This document shows, piece after piece, positions 1 to 60,311 of a DNA stretch of 64,000 nt; positions within the stretch are counted from its first letter, which is position 1, and each line of letters begins with the position of its first letter. Source of the DNA: Hormiphora californensis (Eukaryota; Animalia; Ctenophora). Where the stretch lies: positions 5,084,001-5,148,000 of the forward strand of contig CM035355.1 in assembly GCA_020137815.1 (NCBI GenBank). The letters are read 5' to 3'. Below the pieces are notes generated by a model. The model saw only the letters and a list, made by a program, of their open reading frames with translations. It ran no database searches and was not told where the DNA came from. A program made the position numbers and the translations under genes.

Positions 1-25801
<25,801 letters not shown>

Positions 25802-27620
25802 CGACCTATAAAATGAGAAAGAACAGACCTCGAAAGAAGACCCCAGATTCATCAACATCATCATTATAGAGAGAGAGCGATCTCAGAATATCATAATTAT
25901 TCCTCATGTTGATACTGAGTGGCCCGTTGTGTGTATGTGTGTATAGAATTGTACATATATATATCAGCACATTGTACCGATGAAGAGAGACTGTAGGGTG
26001 GACTAGAAAGACATTTGTTATAATTTTAGGAGAGAGTGGGAGGATTTGTTGGGGTTGTGTTTGGTTGAATTGTTCATACTTTCTTCTGACACAGTGTTTG
26101 GTGGTGTAACCGCCTCTTCAAAACTACGAGGGGCGCAATATATGTCCCATTAGGGTTGTACAGCTTTTTAGGGGAAAAGTGTGTGTGTGTTTCAGTATAA
26201 TGTGTCTGACGACTAATTATGTTCGTGGTTGATCTACGCAGTATGTAGGAGTAAAACAGTATGTTTGGGGAATATGGGATATAGAGCGAGATCTATGATA
26301 TAGCTTGGTAGCTTTGAACTGATCGTGATTCGGGGAAGCGGGTCTAAATTCCAAGATCAACGTCCTTATTTGAGGTGCAATAGTCTACTAGTGAGGAAAG
26401 CTGATAGTCTACTAAACTTCGTGCTCTTATATACTGGCGGTTCGGGTGATCGCGAGCAGCAAGGGGAGTATTGAACGGTGAGGAAAGCTGATCGGGTGAT
26501 TTGAGTGAGAGAGTCAGAACGATTGGTTTAATTGATTTTTGCACACCATCCCCCCTTCTTCATAGTGTTGTTGAGTAACGCCTTCCAAGTGTGTTTATTA
26601 TTTTAAACAGTACATGTTTTGTATCATGATCTAGAACACGCTAATTGATGTAGCACATCCCCCCCCCCCATTATTTAGACTGTTTTCAGTTGTGCTGTGA
26701 GATGAGAGAGTTGACCTATCTCACAGATCCACACAAGGTTTGATGTTCTGTGTGTCAGAACCCGCATTGTCAAAATAAAGGAGTGTGAGAGTGAGATAGA
26801 GGGAAAGAGAGAGAAAGAGAGAGAGGGAGAAAGAGAGAGATATACAGAGTCATTCACTTCACTATTTGACTCCCCTTCACTATTTAACTTTTCGCTGTGT
26901 GTCTGTGTATGTACACATCTTATTATATGATCTTTTTCTCAGAGACAAAACTATTTATCAGATTTGACCCTTTCTGATCCCGCCGAAAAGTGTTGGTTAC
27001 GAAGTTCCCCCTCCCTTGCCAGCGAGCGAAGGTCGCGAGGGGTTATTTCGTAACCAACAAAAAGTGGGGGATCGATGGAATCAAATTGTTTTCAAAACCT
27101 CGGATTATTCCGTCATTTGGCCTCCTAGATTCTCCTAGCCAGGGAACAGTGTTCTGAACACATTAGGGAACACACTAGGACACACAGAAGGGCTGACAGA
27201 ACACATGTTAGGGTTGCAATCTTGCCACACGTGTACTGTCAGTACCTAGTGTAATACCATGAGGCCGTATCACATGTGTTTAATTAGAGGTATTATAATA
27301 CTGAGCTGTGTCAACTACTACATCTTTTAAATTTCTGACCAATTAAAATACCGAGTTTTTGTGGTTTTTTAAAGGTGGCGGGCGCAGTACACAGGATTAC
27401 TCCACTGCAAATTACACACGATTTGTTCTGAACGGATATTGCCGGGGAAATAGTTCTTATTCGGCCCTCATTATATCTCTTCTCTGGCATGTACCATGAA
27501 TATTGCATTGAACTGTCATGAATCATATACTCATAGAGTTCTGGCTTTCTGATTTTCTCTCTCTCTCTGAAAGCTGTCTCTTGTATCACATGTGGCTTCA
27601 TCTCTCTCTCTCCACACATG

Positions 27621-34245
<6,625 letters not shown>

Positions 34246-34848
34246 TATCAATAAAAATAGCTGCTAGATTAAAATTCGGTTTTAAGAAGGATTGAGCTAT
34301 GAATTTTTAGCTATGCCATGCAATAATAATACTAACTCGTGCAGTTGATAGATGTCCCTTTTACAGGCTCCTCACAATTGGCATTTCTGACAACTGGTGC
34401 TATGCAAGGCACCAATATTTTCATGTTTGCCCCTCCCCTAAAACTAAAAACTGATTCGGTAGAATTCGACTTCTAGAAAAAGAACACAAAGATGCCGGAA
34501 ACGTTAAATCTGGGTGTTTAGAGTGTCAGCACTTTAAAACATGAACGCCTGGTGACACAATTCGGGCGCCGTTACGATCTGGGTGTTTGGTGACCTTTTT
34601 ACAGGTGTGCACTGGGCAAAGTTAAAATCTGGGTGCCTTCCAATTTCCATTGCTAACAACTCATCGATTTTGGTGGTCGAGACGGGTTAGGGCTGTTGTT
34701 ACTTGTTAGGGTCGGGTTTGTTTGGGGCTATCGGTTAGTTCTATCGATTTTCTACCAGATACCGTTTAGTTTACTTAAATCGGCCATGGCCATGTGGTTG
34801 CGTGGCTATAACCGTTTGAAAAAATTCGGTCTTGAAAATAAAAGTGTA

Positions 34849-35138
34849 GGGTAGCGACTGGCTATTTGAAATGGCGGCCTATTTGAAACACCCCCTCTAC
34901 AGGCCAGCAGGTTCACCAGATTTGGATTTTTAGACATCAGTTTGGCCTATGCTACAGGCCCTAGAAGCCGTGGAAAACGCGCGCACTTGGGGTCTGCAGC
35001 GCATGCCAAGACATCAGTGGGCTTGGCATGAGTTCTGACTAGCCCACTGATGTCTAAAAATCCAAATCTGGTGCACCTGCTCGCCTGTGGAAGGGGTGTT
35101 CCAAATTAGTCGCCATTTCAAATAGCCAGTCGCTACCC
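34849..35138. mobile_element. Foldback MITE, GGGTAG...CTACCC, TA target duplication
   Basis: Long inverted arms; the empty site AAGTGTACTC is visible in the paralogous host repeat at 39891-39900. Confidence 0.75.
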
Positions 35139-36535
35139 TACTCTTTTTGCTACTGCGCACCTGTAAACAGGCTGCAAGGCACCCAGATTATAATCGCGAC
35201 CGTGTGCGCTGCCAAAAAAAGTTAATTCACTAAAATGGGGGCACCGTTACGATTTGGGTGTTTGGTGGCCTGTTTACAGGTGCACGCTGCCAAAAAAGTT
35301 GATTCACTAGGGATCCCTAAAAAAGTTCAGTATTTACACAGCGTTTACACAGTCTTTACACTTTTTTTTTTCTTCTTTTTTTTTCTTTTTTATATAAACT
35401 ACACAACCCAGGGGTGAAACGGTGCAGAGCAGCCACTAGACACGGTGAGGTGTGAATCAAGTCATCATATGGTCCCTGTGTGGGTTGTGCAGAAAAATAA
35501 CTTAATCAAACGCCTACACACTAAAAAATTGATAATTAATATAACAAGAATTATTTGCATTATGTATCCATAATGCTACGTTTCCCTGCCCTTTTCGATT
35601 TGCCATTCAACTCGCCCAACGAGTAAGCTGTCCGCAAAATGGGGATTTGTGTTTTTCGAATTTTTGAACAAAACGCAGATAGTAGGGACCCTAATCTGAT
35701 CCAGGCACGGATTTCACCCCCCTTTTTTATGATTGGAAATAGTTAATTAATTGTCTCTTAGTCATGTACATTACATGAAATATACGCGTGCCTGGGTTAA
35801 TTGGCCAATAAAAGCCAATTAAGTCTTAATTGCCAGTCAAACTACTTAAATGTCTCTTATTCTTGATTGAAACATCGGATTTGAGTCTAGTAAAAAGCAT
35901 AGTGTTCTAAATTACTCTGCAAACAAGATACAGTAAAAATTTGATAAAATGGTCTAATTACGAACTTCTCGCTCAGAATGACCGCACTGACGAAATCCTT
36001 TAGTTACACTGGGCGTTAAGTGTAATCGTAGAATTTTTATGGGGTTTCGTTTCTCGATTTTCTCCCATAAAACGGTCAAAAAAAATTTTGCGCGAAGCTT
36101 TATAGCGTACGCGCCTGTTTTTGCAAATTGCAGCAAAGTTTCAGCTTTCAGCGGTTGACTGAAATTTGAAAATCGGTGCGCTCAACACTGATTTCGCGAC
36201 CAGTGGCTCGAACGTTTCGGGGAAACGTTAAAATCTGGGTGCCTTTTAACGGAAGCGGAAGCTGTCGTCCCATGAGGCTCAGAGATCATGTAGTGCAAGG
36301 ATCAAGGAACCAAAGTGACCCCCAAGCAAGTAGTGTAGCCGTCGAAGGAGACCACACCTGAGAGCGCACCCCCAAAGAGCATCCAGAGCGGACCTCAGAA
36401 ACACCACTTCAAGAGCGCACCACATCAAAGAGAGTTCCCCATCCAGAAGGGGACACCACGCGCAGAAGAGACCAGCGCGGCGTTGTATTTGCGCGTGCGG
36501 TCTCTTCTGCGCGTGGTGTCCCCTGCGCACGGTAT

Positions 36536-37162
36536 TTACAACTTTTCACCTTGAAACGATAGACGCTTATGTGAAGGCACTTTTCCGACTAATTTTGATA
36601 CGCTGAATCATGTAAGCAACTTTTCCAAGTCCTCCGAGGTCGGGAAAATGCCTTAATTGGGTATAATTGGGTCTAATTAGCCTTAATTGCTCAATTAGGG
36701 CACTTTGCCGATCTCTGAGGACTTGGAAAAGTTGCTTACGTGATTCAGCGTATCAAAATTAGTCGGAAAAGTGCCTTCACATAAGCGTCTATCGTTTTAA
36801 GGCGAAAAGTTGTAAGTGGGGTCAATTAGACCCAATTATGGTCAATTATGACACTTTCCCGACCTCTGAGGGATTGGAAAAGTATCTTACGTGATTCAGC
36901 GTATCAAAATTAGTCGGGTACAGTGGTTTTCGCTTTGATATAAACAAGTTTTAGTTGGTTGGCCAGAATCTGCCACGTGTGTGGCAGATTCTGGCCAAGG
37001 TTTTTTAAGAATCTTGGCCGGAATCTGCCACCCGCGTGGCAGATTCCGGCCAATAATTTTAACGACATGTTTATTTTTATTTTGAAATAAAATTTTTATA
37101 AAACTTCAAACAAAAATATTTCACTTGATTGAAAAAACTCTTGGCCGGAATCTGCCACCGTA
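36536..37162. mobile_element. Left-truncated copy of the 38334-39306 element
   Basis: Near-identical to about 38682-39306, ending ...GCCACCGTA. Confidence 0.8.
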
Positions 37163-37772
37163 CATCTCTGTTTCAATGTCTCATGAGCGCTCATGAGACG
37201 TTTTGACCTACATGTGCTCATGAGTGTATCATGAGACATGTCTCATGAGACATATGTCTCATGAGACGTTAGGGTTATGGTTATGGTTGGGTTTAGGGTT
37301 GGGCTAGGGTTAGGGCTTTCCTTTAGGTCTAGGGACCCGTAGAGGGTAGGGCTAGGTCCAAGCCTATGGGTCAACCCTAACCCTATCCCTACGGGTCCCT
37401 AGACCTAAAGGAAAGCCCTAACCCTAGCCCAACCCTAAACCCAACCATAACCCTAACCCTAACGTCTCATGAGACATATGTCTCATGAGACATGTCTCAT
37501 GATACACTCATGAGCACATGTAGGTCAAAACGTCTCATGAGCGCTCATGAGACATTGAAACAGAGATGGGATGAGACATATGTCTCATGAGCGCTCATGA
37601 GCAAGGTCTCATGAGCACTCATGAGCGCTCATGATACACTCATGACACACTCATGATACACTCATGAGCGCTCATGAGACGTTGAAACACCTAAAAACGT
37701 CTCATGAGCGCTCATGATACACTCATGATACACTCATGACACACTCATGATACACTCATGAGCGCTCATGAG
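37163..37772. repeat. ~405-bp palindrome (37163-37568) plus CTCATGAG palindromic-unit array
   Basis: CATCTCTGTTTCAATGTCTCATGAG...CTCATGAGACATTGAAACAGAGATG with TTAGGG/CCCTAA-like core; CTCATGA repeats continue to about 37772. Confidence 0.85.
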
Positions 37773-38333
37773 AGGAACGGACAGGTTCTTCCGACTTACC
37801 TTTTAATCATGAGCCATGAGGGGTTGGCATGCGCTGCAGACCCCAAGTGCGCGCGTTTTCCACGGCTTCTAGGGGCCTGGGGGTTGGTACGCGCGGTAGA
37901 CCCCCTTTGAGACACGACATAACTTTGCGACCGTGATTTTGGCGGGCGCTATATCTCCGGCACCTGAAGTCCGTTTGACAAAATTTCAACGCCAGTCGAT
38001 AGTCCTTGATGTCTTCTACCTCCCTGTTTTTAATTGAAGTTAATTGGCCTTAATTGGCCAGAGTTATGGTCAGTCAAAGTTTTCGCGCGTTACGTCCAAA
38101 TTTACCTTGCGCGGCTCGTTTTTTATTATTCACTGCGAATATTCCCGAGTTACGTTGACGTTTGACGTCATATCTCTCTTATTTCTTTATCAATTTCGAC
38201 GTTCTAAAGCTCGCTGGATAGGAAATTGTTTGGCATGCGCTGCAGACCCCAAGTGCGCGCGTTTTCCACGGCTTTAGGGCCTGTAGCATAGGCCAACATG
38301 AGGGGGCGCGATTATAATCTGGGTGCCTTGCAG

Positions 38334-39306
38334 TACGGTGGCAGATTCCGGCCAAGTGTTTTTTCAATCAAGTGAAATGTTTTTGTTTGAAGTTTAATAA
38401 AAATTTTTATTTCAAAATGAAAATAAACATGTCGTTAAAATTATTGGCCGGAATCTGCCACGCGGGTGGCAGATTCCGGCCAAGATTCTCAAAAAACCTT
38501 GGCCAGAATCTGTCACACACGTGGCAGATTCTGGCCAACCAACTAAAACGTGTTTATATCAAAGCGAAAACCACTGTACCCGACTAATTTTGATACGCTG
38601 AATCACGTAAGATACTTTTCCAATCCCTCAGAGGTCGGGAAAGTGTCATAATTGACCATAATTGGGTCTAATTGACCCCACTTACAACTTTTTACCTTAA
38701 AACAATAGACGCTTATGTGAAGGCACTTTTCCGACTAATTTTGATACGCTGAATCACGTAAGCATTTTTCCAAGTCCTCCGAGGTCGGGAAAGTGCCTTA
38801 ATTGGGTATAATTGGGTCTAATTAGCCTTAATTGTTCAATTAGGGCACTTTGACGATCTCTGAGGACTTGGAAAAATTGCTTACGTATTCAGCGTATCAA
38901 AATTAGTCGGAAAAGTGCCTTCACATAAGCGTCTATCGTTTTAAGGTGAAAAGTTGTAAGTGGGGTCAATTAGACCCAATTATGGTCAATTATGACACTT
39001 TCCCGGCCTCTGAGGGATTGGAAAAGTATCTTACGTGATTCAGCGTATCAAAATTAGTCGGGTACAGTGGTTTTCGCTTTGATATAAACAAGTTTTAGTT
39101 GGTTGGCCAGAATCTGCCACGTGTGTGGCAGATTCTGGCCAAGGTTTTTTGAGAATCTTGGCCGGAATCTGCCACCCGCGTGGCAGATTCCGGCCAATAA
39201 TTTTAACGACATATTTATTTTCATTTTTAAATAAAATTTTTATAAAATTTCAAACAAAAACATTTCACTTGATTGAAAAAACTCTTGGCCGGAATCTGCC
39301 ACCGTA
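38334..39306. mobile_element. Non-autonomous foldback element, possibly IS3EU-like
   Basis: Nearly fully palindromic; termini TACGGTG...CACCGTA; 6-bp TSD TTGCAG (38328-38333 and 39307-39312); the empty site is seen in the host-repeat copy at about 39911-39942 (reverse strand). TAY..RTA ends with a 6-bp TSD fit IS3EU as recalled. Confidence 0.75.
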
Positions 39307-39568
39307 TTGCAGCGTGTTTACAGGTGCGCGCTGCCAAAAAAGTACACCTAAAACCACTTAGACCGACTTTTTTCAAACGGCTATAGCCACGCAACCACAT
39401 GGCCGATTTGAGTAAACTAAACGGTATCTGATAGAGAATCGATAGCCCTAACCCATAACCCCAAACAAAACCCTAACCCGACCCTAACAACAGCCCTAAC
39501 CCGTCTCGACCGCCAAAATCGATGAATTGTTAGCAATGGAAGGCACCCAGATTTTAACGTTTTCCATC

Positions 39569-39720
39569 ATGAGGCCCCTCGGAAATGTTCAAGTCATGCA
39601 CAATCAAGTCACGCCCACCAATCACAGCTCAAAACGCGTGAAGCAGTCCGCGCGTTCTGAGCTGTGATTGGTGGGCGTGACTTGATTGTGCATGACTTGA
39701 ACATTTCCGAGGGGCCTCAT
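39569..39720. mobile_element. ~152-bp hairpin MITE
   Basis: ATGAGGCCCCTCGGAAATGTTCAAG...CTTGAACATTTCCGAGGGGCCTCAT, interrupting the host motif TTCCATTGCTAAC. Confidence 0.75.
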
Positions 39721-41048
39721 TGCTAACAATTTGTAGTTTTAGCGCACGCGACGGGTTAGGGCTATCCGTTAGGGTCTGGTTTGGGGTTATCGGTTAGGGG
39801 TATCGATTCTCTATCAGTTGCCGTTTAGTTTACTCAAATTGGCCATGTGGTTGCGTGGCTATAGCCGTTGGAAAAAGTCGGTCTAAGTGCAAGTGTACTC
39901 TTTTGGTAGCGCGCACCTGTAAACAGGCTGCAAGGCACCCAGATTATAATCGCGCCCGTTTTCGGGCCTCCGAAGCTTTGCAAAGCTTTTATAAAGTCCG
40001 TTTCAAGCGACTTGACCCGTAATTCTTGGAATTTGGCGCATTGAGCGTGTATTTACAAAGGGGAAATCCTGAATTTCCAGGAATCGCAGGTCAAGTCGTT
40101 TGAAACGCACTTTAGTCGGATTTCTCTCACTCTCAGTTATGTCCTTAATCAGTTAGCCCCCTTTAGGTAACTGCTGAGTGCTGGAGCCTTTTAGCTTTTC
40201 AGCCAAGTAGCATATACTATATATTTATTCCCCGCCCGGATGCCTTTTGCAAAAAGGCATAGGGGTTTAGAATTCGACAAGATTACATACTAGTGAAGTG
40301 TCACGCTTTTTTGTCATGTAACGTAACCCATCCATAGCAACCATCCAGTGTGGAGTGCTCAAAATATCATTTGAAATACTTCACACACGCTCTAATCCAA
40401 ATTGTCCACGAAGGCGACGCCCGCAAAGTTATTACAGTGCTGAAATGACGCACTTTTATTAGAACGCGCAGCCCGGCGCCGCGCGCCCCTTACTGTTTGC
40501 AATTCATAACGTTCATCGTTCGTCATGTGTTCGTCATTACAATTGCGCTCTGGTATTGTCATTGATTACATGAGGTTAGTTGAGTGGAGATCACATAGAC
40601 TAGAATTAAAAGGAGCCTAATTAGGCAGCTCATATCACCTGCACTGTTCTGTCTCACCTTTCAGAATCTCATTATGTCATGGGTGATGGGATGTAATTAG
40701 GAGTGTCACATGCCAATGGCGGGGAAATACAGTACTATGGATACATAGTGCAAATATTCTTGTTATATTTATGTAAGTGTAAGAGCGGGTAGAGTCGTAT
40801 ATATTTTTAATCTATATTGACTCTGTTAGAAATATTGTTGTTGATATTGATATTGATATTGATTTTTTAATCAAGGGACAGGGGGAGGTGGTCTTTTTGA
40901 CCTTATTTCAACTACGCATACCTCCGGTTCCTGATGAGATAGAGACTTAAAACTTGGTTATGAAGATCATGACAAGTTCCCAGATTTTTTCATTTCCCGG
41001 CCAAGATTTGACAGTTTTAACAGTTTTAATATTTGTTCTTGTAGGGAA

Positions 41049-42254
41049 ATGTTATTCCTTGTTATTGGAGTATGCTGTCTGTATACAGTTACTGCCGGAA
41101 TCACTGACGATTATGATGAGAGCCGGGGTTATCAGAGGTCGAATTATCGGATTTTTTCTGCTCCTGAGGGTGGAACAGCAGAACTACGCTGCTCTTACGA
41201 TTACTATAATGGAAACAACACACACACCGAAGTTCGATGGACCAACGAAAATGGATCTAAAATTTATAACTCTTCTAAGTTCCAAATAACGACGTATTTA
41301 ACGGTCGGTTACTGTGCGGTTACAAATATCTCGGATACCGTGGCCATTGGATCCGGAATTGATACCAGAACCACGAATCCTCGTGTCGCTAAAAATCGTG
41401 ATTTTCTCTGTGCTAACTCCATTCTGAGGATTTACAACACAACAGAAAATGATTACGGGATGTACAGATGCTATAACGACCGGGAATATTGGGATCGTTC
41501 CAATGTTATGCTTTCCAAAAATGTCAATCCTGAACCCAGTAAAACGATCGTGTACCGTAAAACCTCCCATAATGAAATCGCGAGTTTAACATTTGTTAAG
41601 CACTGCATTGCCCAGGGATCGTCACCTATAGCTTGGAAAGTTTTCTTTGGCACCAGGGAATGCCCCACGAGTAGGGTCAGATATTGCTTGAATAGAAGAG
41701 GGTGGGCAGGTTCGAAGGAATTGATTGATTTAAAGGATGTTCACAAGCTTGATAAATTTGTTTCGTTCCCTTCATCGTATCAAGTTAACTCCACTTTTAA
41801 TGGCATTTTTGCAGAATCTATTCTCAGAATGAGTTTTTCAGCTTGGAATACGCCTGATCTGATCGTTTTCTGTTTTACTGAAGATGGAACAGGAGATTTC
41901 AGCAGGTTGGGGTCAGTTGTTTCAGACAGGGACAGGCATTATTATAGGAGCGATGAAGTTTTTTATCATCTACCTCTGGAAATTGTCCTCCCCCTATCAT
42001 GCTTCTTTGGCGCAGGCCTCCTGGTGGCGATGATTCGTTCCCGGTGCTGCCATCGGGCCCCTGATCGAGTACTCGTTGGCCTTGGTAATGTGATAAACAG
42101 GGCCCTACAGGCTAGGGAGCAGCATTTGTACATGGTGGTCCGAACTGAGGAGGGGGGCTGTTCAGCTGTGGAGGGGGGTGATCCAGCTGTGGAGAGTCAT
42201 CAGGTTGATCGGGCAATGAGTGATGACAGTATGATCCTCGATGCAGCAGAATAG
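41049..42254 (+). CDS. Type I membrane protein of the immunoglobulin superfamily, single coding exon
   Basis: 401 aa; signal peptide; Ig signature GGTAELRC..VRW..LRIYN..DYGMYRC; second Cys/Trp-containing Ig-like region; TM LPLEIVLPLSCFFGAGLLVAMI; acidic tail; acceptor TTGTAG just upstream of the ATG. Confidence 0.82.
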   Translation: MLFLVIGVCCLYTVTAGITDDYDESRGYQRSNYRIFSAPEGGTAELRCSYDYYNGNNTHTEVRWTNENGSKIYNSSKFQITTYLTVGYCAVTNISDTVAIGSGIDTRTTNPRVAKNRDFLCANSILRIYNTTENDYGMYRCYNDREYWDRSNVMLSKNVNPEPSKTIVYRKTSHNEIASLTFVKHCIAQGSSPIAWKVFFGTRECPTSRVRYCLNRRGWAGSKELIDLKDVHKLDKFVSFPSSYQVNSTFNGIFAESILRMSFSAWNTPDLIVFCFTEDGTGDFSRLGSVVSDRDRHYYRSDEVFYHLPLEIVLPLSCFFGAGLLVAMIRSRCCHRAPDRVLVGLGNVINRALQAREQHLYMVVRTEEGGCSAVEGGDPAVESHQVDRAMSDDSMILDAAE

Positions 42255-42263
42255 AGGAGACAT

Positions 42264-42372
42264 CAGGAACCCACCGAAACAAGTAAACAACCAATCAGAA
42301 CTCGTTATTTAGGTCACGTGACTGGTTATCAGCCAATCAGGGACCAGTATTTCCTGATTCGGTCGGTTCCTG
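42264..42372 (+). mobile_element. 109-bp hAT-like MITE copy
   Basis: TIRs plus 8-bp TSD GGAGACAT, about 10 nt after the Ig gene stop codon. Confidence 0.9.
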
Positions 42373-42667
42373 GGAGACATAAACCAGACTTCTGAAAACT
42401 ATTATAATGCATATTTCTATTGCATGTGAATTGTCAAACCATATTGAATTAACTAAAGTAAAGTCCAAACTGAAAAGGCCCTTGTGTTTGGTACACCTAT
42501 GTCCTATACTCCACGAAATTTTGAAAAAAAAGCAGCTAGATCGACGGGTGTAGCAAGTTACATGTTTTTTATTCCATATTTATGAGAACTAGGACTGTCT
42601 ATACTCCCCCTTCTTTAGAATTGGCGGCCCGGTTTTTCTGGTCGGGGACAGCGGCGGTGGTCTGAAC

Positions 42668-42765
42668 CAGGAACCGACCGAAACAAGTAAACAACCAATC
42701 AGAACTCGTTATTTAGGTCACGTGAATGGTTATCAGCCAATCAGGGACCAGTATTTCCTGATTCG
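42668..42765 (+). mobile_element. MITE copy, right end truncated
   Basis: Same internal sequence; flanking direct repeat GTCTGAAC. Confidence 0.8.
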
Positions 42766-43004
42766 GTCTGAACGCATCAGGACACCACACATATAATGAT
42801 AGGGCCTTTTCAGTCTGGGTTTTACTTCAAGATTTATTTTTTAAAGAAAATGTTATCTGCAATTTATTTTTACAGTTTTATATTTGATTAACTTGATTGT
42901 AATACAAACTTGTTTAATTCCCGTACCACCTGGATAAGGTAAGTTGAGAACATTAATCATGCTGCCAGACCAAACCCAAAGAACCGAGACAAACCCCGCA
43001 ACAC

Positions 43005-43170
43005 CAACCTCCAAACCAAACAACCAGCAAACCTCCACCAAACCTCCACCAACCTCCAAACCTCCAAACCTCCACCAAACCTCCACCAACCTCCAAACCT
43101 CCAACAAACCTCCACCAACCACCAAACCTCCAAACCTCTAAACTCAACCTCCAAACCTCCAAACCTACCA
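43005..43170 (+). repeat. AACCTCC(A) low-complexity tandem repeat
   Basis: Repeated AAACCTCC/ACCAACCTCC units. Confidence 0.8.
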
Positions 43171-43290
43171 CAACTAACGCCGTCAAACACCTTTGTAAAT
43201 CATGTAGGCAATGGTGTTCCATGTCTTAGTAGAGGATAGCCATTGGAACAAGACGAGTTTTTCGTAACTTTACTCAACTCGACAGCTGTT

Positions 43291-60002
<16,712 letters not shown>

Positions 60003-60311
60003 CCAACTATTTGTGTATCATCGAGCACTTACACTGGAACAATTGGGAGGCCGGAGGGTTCGATGTAGTTATCGACTCTGCTACCTTTCATCCAGCTGTT
60101 TGTGTATTTTGCTATCAATTGTGATTTTCACATCTATCGTCGACCACTTCCGGTATAAGCACGTGCAGCACCTGATAGTGCTTGTTTACTTGTTGTTTCA
60201 TAGCTAGATTTTTAACGCAATAAATATAAATTAGACATGAATTCAGGAAAAATAAATATTTGATTTACAAAAAAAAACGCTAAAATACTAAACACTCTAT
60301 CTGACATTGAT

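Noticed and set aside
37268-37463. Telomere or interstitial telomeric array
   Set aside because: Degenerate, short and embedded in a palindromic element.
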